Positions 11,666 through 25,027 are shown, numbered from the stretch's first letter. The stretch is 46,977 nucleotides of DNA from Octopus bimaculoides (GCF_001194135.2 NC_068990.1:293251-340227), one strand, 5' to 3'. Made by a program: numbers and translations. Notes: a model not told the origin generated them from the letters alone.

Positions 11666-12699
11666 TTACAAAAACAAGAGAGGGAAACAAGAATAACAAA
11701 AGTTTTTATTTGCCACAAGGGCGTCAGGTATTATCTAGAGTATTTTTTTTAGAGTCGTCACAGAAAAAAATTATATTTACACCGCAAACACAGCAAAGTA
11801 GCTTTCTTCTGCGATTAAAAAATTATTTTAAACTATTTACTGGAATATAAGATATTTAGTTAAGAAAGCAAGGACATTGTTACAGATAACTGCAAAATAA
11901 CCTGCTACCCGTTTTTCGAAAGAAGATAGCTCAAAAACACTTCACACAAGAAAGTGATAAAAATATAATGAAGAGTATAAAAAGCAATTTCAGAATGTAT
12001 TTGTGTTGTGAAGAAGAAAGAAATCAGGTACATCAGAGCTTGAAGTTGCTAGTCCGAAAAAGTTTGCATTATTTTCCCTAAAACACCAACGTTATCCAAC
12101 ATGTTCTTTTCTAAGACCGTGGGATGTTATTTAAGGGAGCTTCAATCGCTATTTCTGATATCGAGGGGCTATGCAGAAGCCCTCTACATTGTCTCATTGC
12201 TGTTGTTTGTGGTGGAGTTAGTGGTTGTGGACGCAATGAAGTGGCGATCGTAGACGCTATTTTGAGCTGTGACTGTTGCGGTTAGCAGCAATGTTGCTCA
12301 GGAAGTAGTTTGGTTAGTTTTTCCTTTGTCATCTACTCCATTTGCACTTTCTCATTTTCGTTGGTATTTCTCTCTTCTTTTTCGTACGCTTTTTTCACCG
12401 ATACCATGCTTTTTTAAAACAACTATTTACAAAAATTATTCTAAGCAAGTAACTAAAAATGTTATATTCTTTTATGCATTCCACATTTAATATTTGTCCT
12501 ACATCTACAGACAGACTGTTTCTACATCTTTGAGGTCATCAGTATGGAAGAAAAGGACAATAGTTACTCTATTATACAGTCAAGTAGTGACTGGAAAAAA
12601 GAAAAACAATCTCTGATTTTTGAGCATTTGGAAAACGTTTGGTTGCAAATAGGTGCATGTTGGTTGATCACATAAACGTCCTCATGTCGGCTCGTTTGA

Positions 12700-12945
12700 G
12701 CGTTGATGGCTGATGGTGGGGGTTGTGGAGCTGGTAGTATTAGTGATGTTTGGAATCATCAAGGTTATTGTATTGATGATGATAGTGCTGGTGCTGGTGT
12801 TGGTGATGATGGCAATTGTCCTGTGTTGATAATAGTGATAGTTGTGGTTTGTGACAATAATGTTAGTGCAGTGACGGGTTTACTAGCAATTGTTAATGTT
12901 GTTGTTGAGCATAATGTTGATGGTGATGATAGTAGGTGTTGTTAA
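12700..12945. repeat. Degenerate (GAT/GGT/GTT)n low-complexity tract
   Basis: Trinucleotide periodicity. Confidence 0.8.
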
Positions 12946-13540
12946 TGTTTAGCTCCAGGTCATTCTTTATCAATTAGATCTATCTTCAAAAACAGCCCAA
13001 CAATGACCATCCCATCTATTTTCCAGACGTTGTGCACCTTGCACTACATTATCAAATGAGTTCATAAAAAAAAAAAGAAAGAAACAAAGCAAAAAAGACG
13101 TCTCGTCTCGCTGACTCAGAATTTTTGAAAATAAATTGTTGAACATTTCCGAGCATATTGAAGGAGATTTAGCTGTCATTTCCAGCAGATCAGTTGGTCA
13201 TCTGATGTCTTTGTTCTGATATGAGATATATTAATGTATGTTACCGTTCGATACTTATCGATTAGAACAGCCCCCATCCCCATAAAAACAAATAACCACC
13301 ACCTCTTCCTTAGATTTGTAACTAATGCCCCCACACGGCTGCTGGCGGTCGATACATGAAACCACGTCATTATCAGGGATTAGATTTTTTTCAAGAGGGA
13401 TCTTCAAAGATCTAGTGGTCACGTGAGGAAAACACAGATGGACGTGCAATCACAACATAGACGAAAGACACATCATTAACCCTTACCGACGCTTTTACTT
13501 ATTTAAAAAAAAAACTTTGTTCTAGATGATTGTGAATTTA

Positions 13541-13667
13541 CATTCTGAGTTCAAATCCTACGGAAATCAACTTTACAATTCAATCCTTCGGGGATCGACA
13601 AAATAAAATACCAGTCAAGTTCTGGGGTGCATAGAACCAACTAACTTGTGATAAAATTTGAAGCAAT
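13541..13667 (+). mobile_element. Partial SINE family C
   Basis: ttctgagttcaaat...tccttcggggatcga...accagt homologous to 26225-26300. Confidence 0.7.
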
Positions 13668-13776
13668 TCTTCTTCTTCTTCTTCTTCTTCTTCTTCTTCT
13701 TCTTCTTCTTCTTCTTCTTCTTCTTCTTCTTCTTCTTCTTCTTCTTCTTCTTCTTCTTCTTCTTCTTCTTCTTCTT
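13668..13776. repeat. (TTC)n microsatellite, possibly the (GAA)n tail of the adjacent minus-strand LINE
   Basis: Perfect TTC array ending at a gap. Confidence 0.95.
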
Positions 13777-14007
13777 NNNNNNNNNNNNNNNNNNNNNNNN
13801 NNNNNNNNNNNNNNNNNNNNNNNNNNNNNNNNNNNNNNNNNNNNNNNNNNNNNNNNNNNNNNNNNNNNNNNNNNNNNNNNNNNNNNNNNNNNNNNNNNNN
13901 NNNNNNNNNNNNNNNNNNNNNNNNNNNNNNNNNNNNNNNNNNNNNNNNNNNNNNNNNNNNNNNNNNNNNNNNNNNNNNNNNNNNNNNNNNNNNNNNNNNN
14001 NNNNNNN

Positions 14008-14665
14008 CGGCTTCCTATTCTCTATCTCATGGTCGCACTGAATCATAAAATTCCATAGGATCTTTACATTTCTATTTTCGACGATGCCTTCAGGTTTGTG
14101 GTCGTACCAATTTTTTGCTCTGTCAAGTCCATACTTGTTGCAAGGTGTCCAATAGACAAGCCTGGCTATATTGTTGTGGTGTCTCTTATATTCCTTCTGG
14201 GCTAGTGGCGTACATAAGCTGGTAATGTACCATACAGTTTCACCGTTTTGTCCACAGATTCTGCACTTATCACTTTCTGATGTGCTGTCTATTCTGTACT
14301 TTATGTAATTTGTTCTTAGTGCTTGCTCTTGGGCAGCACAGATTAGAGCCTCCGTTTCCGGTTTTAAATCACTTTTAGTCATCCACAGACATCTTTTTCC
14401 TTTGTCTGTCTTATCTTCAGCATCCCTATGAAATTGACTATGCATTCTTTTCTTTACCCACCTATTTTCAGTTTCATTCGTTTTCAATTTCTTGTATACT
14501 GCTTTATCTTTGCAATCTTTCATCCTACACAAGCCTGACCTTCTTATTTTTAGTAATAGCGGTTCTGTGGAATTTTTTTTACATACCTGGCTATGTTGTT
14601 TTCTTCTGCTCTAATGCTGTGTTTGCATCCCATAAGTCTTGTTCCACCTCTTTTTCTTGTTACAT
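14008..14665 (-). mobile_element. RLE LINE lineage 2, copy 1 (5'-truncated)
   Basis: TDRLYVTRKRGG, ALICAAQEQALRTN, KCRICGQNGETV, KILWNF..ENRKP. Confidence 0.9.
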
Positions 14666-14689
14666 AGTCTGTCTAAAAAAAAAAAGGGA

Positions 14690-16617
14690 AAAAGAGGGGG
14701 AAGAGCTACGGTACCGTGCTATCCATTCTTTTCAGCTATCTAATACTTTCCTGATTATTCTGGCCGTGCCAAGGAGGCAAACCTTTTGTAACAGTTCCAA
14801 TTTCCTTTACATTTCTTTTGATACCTTCTGATACTATTCCCAAGGACCCAACAATAACCGGCGCTATCTTCACCTTCTTCATTTTCCATAGTCGGGCTAT
14901 TTCGTATTTAAGAGGGTTGTATTTATCTATCTTTTCACCATCCTTCTTGACTATTCAACATCAGTTATATAGCATCTGTGGTGCACCTTGTCCACCACCA
15001 CTAGCACCGGTCTGTTATGCTCTAGCACCTGATCTGTTTGGATTGGGAAATCCGAAAGGATTTTGTTAGTCTCCGACTCCACCCCTGTCTGCGGTTTGTG
15101 CTCATACCACATTTTACCTCTCTCTAGTCCCCACTTTTCGCACAGTTTCCAATGCAACACTTTCGCTACCTGATCATGTCGCCACAACTTGTAGTGGTTT
15201 GGGGCAAGTCTAGGGCACTTGTTCCTGATATAAGCAATGGTTTCATCCACTCTCTTGCAGATGCGGCACAGCAGGGACACTTGCTCATTCCTAAGGGTGA
15301 CCTTCCATGGCCAGAGATTGGTCTTGCGCTGCCAGTTTAATGCTCTCGGTCTCTTTTTTTTTTTAGTGTTCCTTTCATCAGCCAATCCCATCTATTTTTT
15401 CCAGCAGCTTCTGTTGTAGCTACATGGAATTGAGTGTGTAGTCCCTTCTTGCGTAAAACCTTTTTTATGTTCTTTTTGTACTTCATCCTTTGTTTTCTCT
15501 TTTTTTCTCTGCTTTCAATACTCCCTCGTTCCTAACTGTCACCACTTCCTTACTTTGGGATAGGTATCTCATTAGATCTTGAGTTCGATATGCACGCTGT
15601 CTTCCACACTTATCAATCCTCTTCCTCCATTCGCTCTCTTCATGAATAGGCAATCAGTGTCCGCATGTGGATGATGGGCTCCATATATCGTTAGGAGCTT
15701 TCTTGACTTCCTTTCCTTCTCCCTTAGCTCCTCCTCTGTCCACTTCAAGATTCCAATCCCATGCCGAACTACTGCGACTGCGAGCGAGCGAGCTTATTGC
15801 CGAAATTAAGTTTCTGGCATTCAGCTTTGAAGCCAATATTATTCTCACTCACCGCAGTTACTCTCTGTTTGTCTTTTCCTTCATGTCGTGTTTGATTCCA
15901 TTTGCCTCAAGTATTCCTAGGTATTTATAGCTAGATTGAGATTGAATTGCCTTCATCATTTCACCACTTGGCAACCAGATGCCTTCTGTCCTGGCAAGCT
16001 TTCCTCGTCTCATCACCATCGTAGCACATTTTGAGAGTCCAAACTCCATCTTAATATCATTGGAGAAAATCCGCACAGACTGGACTAGGCTGTCCAGTTA
16101 TGCCTCAGTTTTTGTGAATAGTCTCAGGACGTCCTTGAACAGCAAGTGGCTCAGTTTTCCCTTACCTCTTCCCAGATCATACCCCAACTTTGTTTTCTGT
16201 GGTATTTCACTCAAGGAGATAATTCCCAGAACGAAGATCAGTGGGGAGACACTGTCCCACTGGAAGATTCCTCTCTTGATTTTCATCTCTCCTAATACTT
16301 GATTCCGTTCTCCAACACTTCATGCTATTCCATAGAAGGCTTCTCATATTTTCTGCTACTCCATACATTCCACTGTTCTTATTATCCAGGAGTGTGGTTT
16401 CATATCCTATGCTTTACGATAGTCAACCCATGCAATGCTCAGGTTTGTGTGCCTTCTCTTGCAGTTCCTGATAATTAGATTATCAATTAATAGTCGATCC
16501 TTCGTTACCCAGCTCCTCTTTCGACACCCTTTCTATTCAATAGGTAGCAGCCCACTTTTTCCCAAGTATCTATACAGTTCACCGGTCAAAGCACCTGACA
16601 GCAGTTTCCACAGTAGT

Positions 16618-16618
<1 letters not shown>
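14690..16618 (-). mobile_element. RLE LINE lineage 2, copy 2 (RT plus RLE, 5'-truncated, decayed)
   Basis: [90 protein letters not shown]. Confidence 0.92.
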
Positions 16619-16676
<58 letters not shown>

Positions 16677-18050
16677 TGATGAAATTTCACAGCTTATTTT
16701 CCTGGGTATGATGGAAAGTGTCAGCTGTCCACAGCCAGCAGACTAAAGTGACACTTGTTTACTGGTCATGCTTCAGGAACCCTGCGAAGAATTCTTACAG
16801 TTCCAAGCAATGCTGATATTTTGCAGGTGTTCTACCTTCACACTTGCACCGATCTCTTTCAGCCATGTTGGTAGTTGAGTGCCGATACTTCCAAGTGCAC
16901 CAATTACTATTGGTATCACATCTACTCTCTTCATTGATCTCAACCTTCGTATTTCCAACTTCAAATCATCGTAGTTGTTTATTTTTTCTTCTTCTTTCAC
17001 ATTGATCCTGTTGTGACCGGGGCATGCTATGTCGATTATCATACATGTTCTTTCTTTATTATTCACCGTCTTTTTTCCGATGCCTTGTCGGGTAATCGCA
17101 CTGGATCGTTGCATCCCACAGGATTTTGCAATTCCCATTTTCGGTGACTCCTTCTGGAGTTTGCTCATACCACGTCTTTGCTCTTTGCAGGCCGTGATTT
17201 CCACAGAGTTCCCAATGGATCATTCTTGCCACATTGTCATGGCGTCTTTTGTATTCCCGTTGTGCTAATTTCGGGCATTCACTAACGAAGTGCTATACCG
17301 TTTCACCCATCTCGCCACACATTCTGCATTTGTCGCTATCGGTAGTGTTGTCTATTCGGTACTTCATATAGTTGGTCCTTAACGCTTGTTCCTGAGCTCC
17401 GCATATGAGTGCTTCTGTCTCTGTCTCTTCAGGTCACTCCTCCTCATCCATTGCCACCGGTCCTCTGTATCTGTCTTGGCGTTCACATCTCTTGCAAACT
17501 GACTGTACGTTTTCTTTTTCTTCCATACTTTTTTTTTCTGTTCAGTTTTGTTTAAATTTTTCTTTAATTACACAATTATCAGATTTGGTGACGTAGGCCT
17601 TCTTCGTGTGTTGCAACAGTGGCCCCACGGCATTTTTATATACCACCCTAGGCTGTTTTCTTCTGCTTCGTTACAGTCGTGGCAACTGATCAAGATCAAG
17701 CCTCTCCCACCCTGTCTTCTGGACAAGTACACCCATCGGTGTCACTCTTAGGGTGGAAGGCTCCGTGTACTGTCAACATTTTTCTGGTCTTGGTATCCAT
17801 TTTCTTCACTTCTATTTTTTGCTATTTTATAATTCCTGCTCCATACCGAAGTGATGCTATCGCCCACGTATTAACTGCTCGGATTTTATTCTATCCAGTG
17901 AATTTTGAGCGCAACACCAACCTCCGTCTTCGGAAATACTCCATCTTCAGTTGCTCTTTCATTTTGCTTTTCCATTATCTCGTTGTGCTCTTTCACTTCC
18001 TTTTCCATTATCTCGTTGTGCTCTTCACTTTCTTTTCCATTGTCTCGTTG
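16619..18050 (-). mobile_element. RLE LINE lineage 2, copy 3 with (TAA)n tail (16619-16676), 5'-truncated
   Basis: HPKSDTD..LSRRQGGRGL, QEQALRTN, CRMCGEMGETV, RRHDNVA, CMIIDIACP..KEEEKINNYDDL, VIPIVIGALG. Confidence 0.92.

Positions 18051-18136
<86 letters not shown>
18051..18136. repeat. (AAT)n microsatellite
   Basis: Perfect array. Confidence 0.98.
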
Positions 18137-18399
18137 TTCTTGTTTGTCAGACTTTCTTAATCAGATATGCTATCTACTATTTCCTCACGATGAATTTGGA
18201 TGATAGAATGAAATCCCAAACCTCGAAGCTCACAAGAGAGGCGTTCGTTCCCGGTAGCTACGCAACAATTTTATAATTTTCGACTGGTAGTTAGGTGAAA
18301 ATTCAATATTATCTAGAGAATAGGCAAACTTTTTCAGTAGTATTTATATATGCCTACACAAGTAATCTGAAAGACTAGAAATCACAAATAACCTGTAGT

Positions 18400-18860
18400 A
18401 AGATGATACTGGAAATTCATCCAGTTTGGTGGGATTTGAAGGATGTCATCTATTATGAAGTATTAAACTATAACGGACCAGTTAGTAGGGAGAAATACTA
18501 TCGTCAAAAGGAAGCATTGCACAAAAAGTGCAGAAAAAGTGCTCATCGTTGGTCACTTAAAAAAGAACGTTACTCTTACGCGATAATACAAGACGACACA
18601 TTTCCGTAGAGACTCTGGAAAAGATCATGGCCCTAAATATGGAAGTGTTGCCTCACCTTCTTTACTTTCCTGACCCTTCTCCATCATATTACCATGTTTT
18701 CAGATCATTGAAATATTATTTAGAGAGATAACAATTGTGAAGAAGTTAAAAATGATATTGGTTGTTTCTTTGCTTCGAAACCCGAAGAATTTTTCCGCCC
18801 AAGGATCAAGAATTTGGAAAATAGATCAGACTCTGTTATCAATAATGAAGGGAGATACCT
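18400..18860 (+). mobile_element. mariner (DD34D-type) transposase C-terminal remnant
   Basis: VWWDLKDVIYYEVL; LLRDNTRRH (D at 18582); YFPDPSPSY (third D is TAT at 18687, 34 residues between); HVFRSL; FFASKPEEFF. Confidence 0.85.
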
Positions 18861-19399
18861 TGAGGAAATGTATGAAGTTCAAGAAAGGCTTTGTTCCTTC
18901 ACCATTTTGAAAGCAACATAACTTTCTTTTCAACATAATGTACATGCATACAGGAATATATCATCTGTGTATGTGTGTGTGTGTGCGTGCGTACGTGTAC
19001 GTGCGGACGCGCCTGTGTGTACGCGCGCGCGCGCGGTTCGTTAGAGAGTAGAAATCAAAGATATATCAGCCTTTACACTAGAAGAATAATATCAAACACA
19101 CAAACGCACATTCGTGTAGCTGCACCAAAATAAAATGATGGCGTAATCGATGAACATCTGTTGTAAAAAATGACAAACAAATGTATTGCAGAGAAAGCCA
19201 ATATAGGAAGCAACTGTTCAGAAAAAGAAAGATTGACTGATGTATTTTGTTGCGAGTTTGCAGTGGAAGGTTAGAGGTGGTGTCCCTGGATAGAAGGTGC
19301 GTGCAACAAGCTGGCTCAGAAGACGAGAAAACGTTGTAGCGATGAAGAAGCAGCGAGAAGACATAGTGCTGCAGCTGCTTGTTGTTGTTGTTGTTAGTC

Positions 19400-21893
19400 T
19401 CAAGACGTCCGGTGAATGGTGTTCTGACTGCAAATGCGTCAGTATGGACATGGAGCAACCACAATGGGTCACCCAGATCGTATCTAAATAGAGTATTTGT
19501 TAGGTCAGAGAATAGGGCTAGTCTAGGTTGTCCACAATTTAAATTGGTCGGCTACACAGACCACAAGTTTGAGATCTGCACAGTCGAGTTAGATAGGGTC
19601 CGTAGACAGGGACCCGGTTACTGGAAGTTAAACGTGTCCTTTCCGGCTCGCAAAGACTACAGAGACCGGATTAGTGAACTAGTTAAGATAACAACAGGTG
19701 GTGGGCCGCTCTGAAGAGGGCGATTAGAGCAGAGTCGATAGCGTTTAGCAAAGAGTTAGCAATAGAAAGGAATAGACTAGAAGGTGAACTAGTTAGCAAA
19801 TTAGAAGCGGCGATTAAAAAGGGCATTGCGACCGATGTGTTAGCGGCGAGAATGACCCTTGATCATTTCTTCAAAGTGAAACACGAGGGTTGTGTTGTTA
19901 GAGCTAAGGCCCGTGTGCTCAAACAGGAAGAAATTAAAGCTGTCCTATGGGCCCGAACGGTAGAGACGTAACGTGGAAACAAAACCACGATCGGGTCTTT
20001 GACGGATTAGGATGGGCATGTACTATGCGACTCCGAGCAAATGTATGCGGATTTTCATCAGCACTTTGTGCAGCTGTTTGGAGAGGGCGATGGGTCGACG
20101 ACGGTACTGGACTTTAGTTCGTACGTGAACGGCTTGCCGCGGCTCTCGGCAGCTGACGCGAGGTTATGTGAAAGGCCGATAACAGCCGCTGAAATTTTGA
20201 GGCGATGAGCGATTGCACAAGTCACTGATCGTCCGGTTTGGATAGTGTGCCCTACGAATTTTATATATTCATGCCAGATTTGTCTGGCGACCTCTCGGCA
20301 AACATCCTCTGCAACTGGCAACAGAATGGGAGAATTCCTAGTGCTGTTAGCANNNNNNNNNNNNNNNNNNNNNNNNNNNNNNNNNNNNNNNNNNNNNNNN
20401 NNNNNNNNNNNNNNNNNNNNNNNNNNNNNNNNNNNNNNNNNNNNNNNNNNNNNNNNNNNNNNNNNNNNNNNNNNNNNNNNNNNNNNNNNNNNNNNNNNNN
20501 NNNNNNNNNNNNNNNNNNNNNNNNNNNNNNNNNNNNNNNNNNNNNNNNNNNNNNNNNNNNNNNNNNNNNNNNNNNNNNNNNNNNNNNNNNNNNNNNNNNN
20601 NNNNNNNNNNNNNNNNNNNNNNNNNNNNNNNNNNNNNNNNNNNNNNNNNNNNNNNNNNNNNNNNNNNNNNNNNNNNNNNNNNNNNNNNNNNNNNNNNNNN
20701 NNNNNNNNNNNNNNNNNNNNNNNNNNNNNNNNNNNNNNNNNNNNNNNNNNNNNNNNNNNNNNNNNNNNNNNNNNNNNNNNNNNNNNNNNNNNNNNNNNNN
20801 NNNNNNNNNNNNNNNNNNNNNNNNNNNNNNNNNNNNNNNNNNNNNNNNNNNNNNNNNNNNNNNNNNNNNNNNNNNNNNNNNNNNNNNNNNNNNNNNNNNN
20901 NNNNNNNNNNNNNNNNNNNNCTATACGTATTGGCACTCGAGTCATTATTGCGGAAGTTGGAACAACTGAGAGGCATCCCTTTCGAACTGGGACAAAGAAG
21001 TGCGAGGACGTTCTCGGGGAGACTCTGGGCGCCGACCAGAAGGCACTGGTTAGTCTGTTCCGGAGGACTTTCCGGTTGGGAACAATCATGGATAATTTCC
21101 AGATATCCTTGGCCTGGCAGTGCTACCGGGGGCGCTACCGGTTCGAGATAAACTCTACAGGCACGGATGTGCTATCAGACGGACTTGTCCATGGTGCGCA
21201 CAGAATGACGAAACCGTTCTGCACGCACTCATTTAATGTCCGGGCATTGCTGATTTGTGGGGTTATGTTGAACAGCTGCTGCCACATGTGGGACGGACCT
21301 GTCTGTCGACCGAGTCTGTAGCGATAATCGCACCGCCGCCCTTCTTCTATCGGGCAGGCAAGGCAGTTTTCCTTTGCCTGGTGACTGTGGCGAAAGAGGT
21401 TATTTGGTGGAGAAGGTTGAAATGCATGAGGACAGATACATTCCTCTTTGGCAGAGCTTTTCAAGTTTCACTTGAGAAAGAAATTGCGACTGGAGAGGGA
21501 AGTGCTGTCCTCGAGTTAGTTTATTGAACGGTGGGTGAATGTTGCGAAAATGGGAAGAGTAGATGGTACCTCTGTGAGTTGGAGAGAAGGAATTGGAGCG
21601 GGCACGTGCCCCTAGGGTTTCAGGGAAATTTCGGACAGTGAGGGTTCTTCAAGAGGCCTGCCTGTATCAGGAGGGCCACATCTCTATCATCCTCCCCGCA
21701 TCTTTTTTTTTTTACCTTTGTATGCTATGCATATGTTCCTTCTTTTTCAGTGCATACCGTGTATATTTACTTTTTTTTTATCATTTCATTATTATATGTA
21801 AACCCCCACACTTTATGTCTCTCTCTGTATTGTTCCCGTCATCCTTCGCCCTTGTGGCAAATAAATGAAATTATTATTATTATTATTATTATT
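19400..21893 (+). mobile_element. Tx1/L1-clade LINE ORF2 remnant, copy 1, with 3' UTR and (ATT)n tail
   Basis: WTWSN...SYLNRVF, GYTDH, GPGYWKLN (APE end); knuckle CPWCAQNDETVLHALI*C at 21186-21239; AATAAA then (ATT)n. May extend 5' to about 19260. Confidence 0.9.
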
Positions 21894-22133
21894 TGTCCCG
21901 CTATTGGGGATTCTTTTATTTATTTATTATTTATTTCTCTGTTTTCTATCAAATGTTCTCTGTTCTATCCTTTAATGTGTTAGTAGTTCCCCTTGATCGA
22001 TGTTAACCCCACACGTTTTTGTAATTTTTGTTTTGTGCTGTTTTTTTTTGTGTGCCGTAACTCGTCCTTCGCAATTGTCCTCCATGTCTTGGGCCTTTTG
22101 GCGGCCAATAAAGGAAATCATTATTATTATTGT
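21894..22133 (+). mobile_element. Second Tx1-type 3' UTR and tail
   Basis: Ends ccttttggcggccaataaaggaaatcattattatt, like cccttgtggcaaataaatgaaattattatt at 21849-21880; aaccccac motif present in both. Confidence 0.55.
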
Positions 22134-22495
22134 TGTTGTCGGCGAGGTAAAACGTGTCTTGAGCACTCCGTAAGTTTGAATTTTTCTTGTGTGTTATTGA
22201 AGATTGTTGACTGTTACTTAACTGACTTTGTTTTCTGAATCCCTTTTGGTGTGCGGAAGGGGTTCTTTTTTTAAAAGTTCCACCCTTTTAGGGGCGAATT
22301 ATTGTGTTTATAATCCTTAAAAAAAAAAAATCGTGTTTGCTTTTCGTGTTGACGAAAAACAATATGGCATTCGACGTGAAGTGGAGTGATTCCGTCTGTT
22401 ATAACAACCAGCACACTGTTGATTTTCCCCCTCTTCACTGCACTAGCACGCACAGCAGTACCACCACCACCACCACCACCACCACCATCACCACC

Positions 22496-24640
22496 GACTA
22501 GATTACCCGAATGTGCCAATGTGGACTGGGACAAACCGCATCGGATCATGTGTATTATATTTAGATAGGGTATTTTGTAGGCCAGCGGATAAGGATAGCA
22601 TAGGGTGTCCACAATTTCACATAGTCGGCTACACAGACCACGAATTTGTGATCTGTACGGTCGACTTAGATAAGATTCATAGACAGGGTCCCGGTTACTG
22701 GAAGCTGAACACTTTGTTACCGCCGTGTCAAGCTTACAGTGGCCAGATTAGCGAATTTTAAGCGGGCGTTGACGGGGGCAATGGTCAACAGTAACTGGTG
22801 GTTTGCTCTTAAAAGGGCAATTAGAGTAGAATCGATTAGGTTTAGCAAGGCATTATCGATAAAACGAAATAGGATAGAAGGAGATTTAGTTAGAAAGTTA
22901 GATGAGGCGCTTAGGACAGGCATCGCAACCGACGTGCTGGCGGCGAGGTTGGCCCTCGACCAATTTTTCGACGCCAAACACGAAGGCTGCGCTGTCTGAG
23001 CTAAGATACGTTCACTAAGCGGGGAGGGAACAAAAGCGTCACGATGGTCCTGCGTGGCGGAGGCGAAAAGTGGCTATAAAGCCACCATTCGGTCATTGGT
23101 GGACCAGAGCGGATGCGAGGTGCTTGAACCGAAACAGATGTGTGCGGCGTTTCAGCGGCACTTTGCTCGACTGTTCAGGACGAATGGTAGGACGGATAAC
23201 AAGGCAGACTTCGGTGTGTACCTGGACGGACTGCCACGACTCTCGGCGAGCGAGGTGGAGAGCTGCGAAAGGTCGATAACAGCTGCGAAGATACAGGAAG
23301 TAAAGAGTTGCACGCGAGGTAGACCGCCAGGTTTGGATGGTCTGTACTACGAGCTTTATACTTCGATGTTAGACTTGTTTGCGGGACTCTTAGTAGATAT
23401 CTACAGCAACTGGCAGTAGAATGGGAGAATTCCCACTTTTGTCTGTCGAGGGGTGGTGGCACTGCTGAGAAAGGACCCAAACAAAGGGGACGTTATAGAA
23501 AATTTCAGGCCCATCACTCTGTTTAATGCAGAGTTGAAGATTCTGGCCAAGGTATTAGCCAAGAAGTTGGTGCTTGTCGTGAACAAGCTGGTTGGCGAGA
23601 CGCAAACAAGCGCCATCCCAACCAGGACTATTCACGACTACTTCCACCTAATGCGCTACATCATAGAGAGGATGGGTAACGAAGCTGGCTCCGATCAATT
23701 TAGATAAATTTAAAGCCTTCGATAGGGTCGACCATCAATATATGGCAGCTGTCCTCAAGGCAGCCGGTTTCGGTGCAGTTTTCCGCGGTTGGATCGCTGC
23801 TTTGTACAACGGCATCTGCTCGGTCGTTCGGGTAAATGGTCACCTGTCGGAGCCGTTCAGCATCTTGCGTTCGGTCCGTCAAGGGTGCCCTCTCTCCTCC
23901 CTTCTGTATGTACTGACTCTTGAGCCATTACTGCGGAAGTTAGAGGCTTTGAGGGATGTCCCACGTGATCTAGGATAAGAGAGAGTGTGTCTGCTTATGC
24001 TGATGATGTCACCGTCATAGTGTCGAGCCACAGGCATGTAGACCTGATTGGCGTCACACTACAAGAATATGAAGCAGTGACAGGAGCAAAATTTAACGCA
24101 GCAAAGTCAGTGGGCTTGCAACTCGGCACCTGGAGAGGCAAGTCCATGCCGTCCAACAGCGTCGTGGGGCGCTGGACAGACAGTCCGGTTAAGTTGCTCG
24201 GAGTCTTGTTTGGTCTAGATCTCCAGGTGAAGGAAAACTGGGACGAGGTAACGAGCAGGGTAGCCAACCTCACCCAGAAATGAGCCGAGAGGAAGCTGTC
24301 CCTGAAAGGTCAAGCGAAGTTGGTGAATGCATACATCGCATCGCATCTATTACCGCTTGACCGTCGTCCCTTGCCCCGTTTGCTGGTTAACCAAGCTGGT
24401 GCGCTTACTCTTCCGCTTTCTGTGGAAGGGGCGCGTTCCACTGGACAGGCGTTCCATCTGCTGTCAACAACCGCTGAATGGAGGGCTGAGCATGCCGTGG
24501 TTACTGATGCACAGACATGTGCTGAGGTTGCGGCATCTCCAGCGTTTCCTTGACGGTGAGCAGGTGTGATCACCGCTTGTCAGGCACACTTTTCCACAGC
24601 TCGTCTCTTTGACTGAGCTGGAAACCTGGAGTGAGAGAGC
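22496..24640 (+). mobile_element. Tx1/L1-clade LINE ORF2 remnant, copy 2 (EN end plus RT; 3' end missing)
   Basis: YLDRVF, GYTDH, GPGYWKLN, NFRPITL, KAFDRVDH, VRQGCPLS, YADD at 23996-24007. Confidence 0.93.
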
Positions 24641-24872
24641 AGCGCATGCTATCAAAATGACACTGGTGTACAAATATATGATGCCCAATATACCCATCAT
24701 GACTATCTGTCTGATAAGGGTACACCAGGCACATGCATCACAACCATATGTGCGCGACATGGTGATCTCATATCAAGATAAACAGCGCATTATCTTGCAG
24801 GTGGGGCCCTGTTAGAATTTTCTTCTGGTTGAATAGCCTATCCCGTTCAAGAGGGCCCATGTTTCCATTGGT

Positions 24873-25027
24873 GAATTATTTAAACCCCAAAGAATTCCTC
24901 TCAATACATGGCTATGATGCTCCGTGATCAGAGAGGCACATATCATCAGTCACCAAGGGACATGCTCACCTGGTTAACGTCAAACAACTGACAAGCAAAT
25001 TTGTGGTATTGAGCAGAATATTTGCTG
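24873..25027. repeat. Dispersed interspersed repeat; opposite-strand homologue at 33448-33617
   Basis: aaaccccaaagaat..catggctatgatgctcc..caactgaca..tgtggtat.gagcagaatatt shared. Confidence 0.8.

Noticed and set aside
12703-12945. Gly/Asp/Val-rich 80-aa ORF
   Set aside because: Degenerate trinucleotide tract without splice or homology support
17951-18050. CRISPR-like array of about 33-bp repeats
   Set aside because: No spacers, eukaryotic context, derived from LINE RT sequence
18051-18136. (AAT)n as the 5' half of a TAA target array for LINE copy 3
   Set aside because: It is in the opposite orientation to the element's (TAA)n tail
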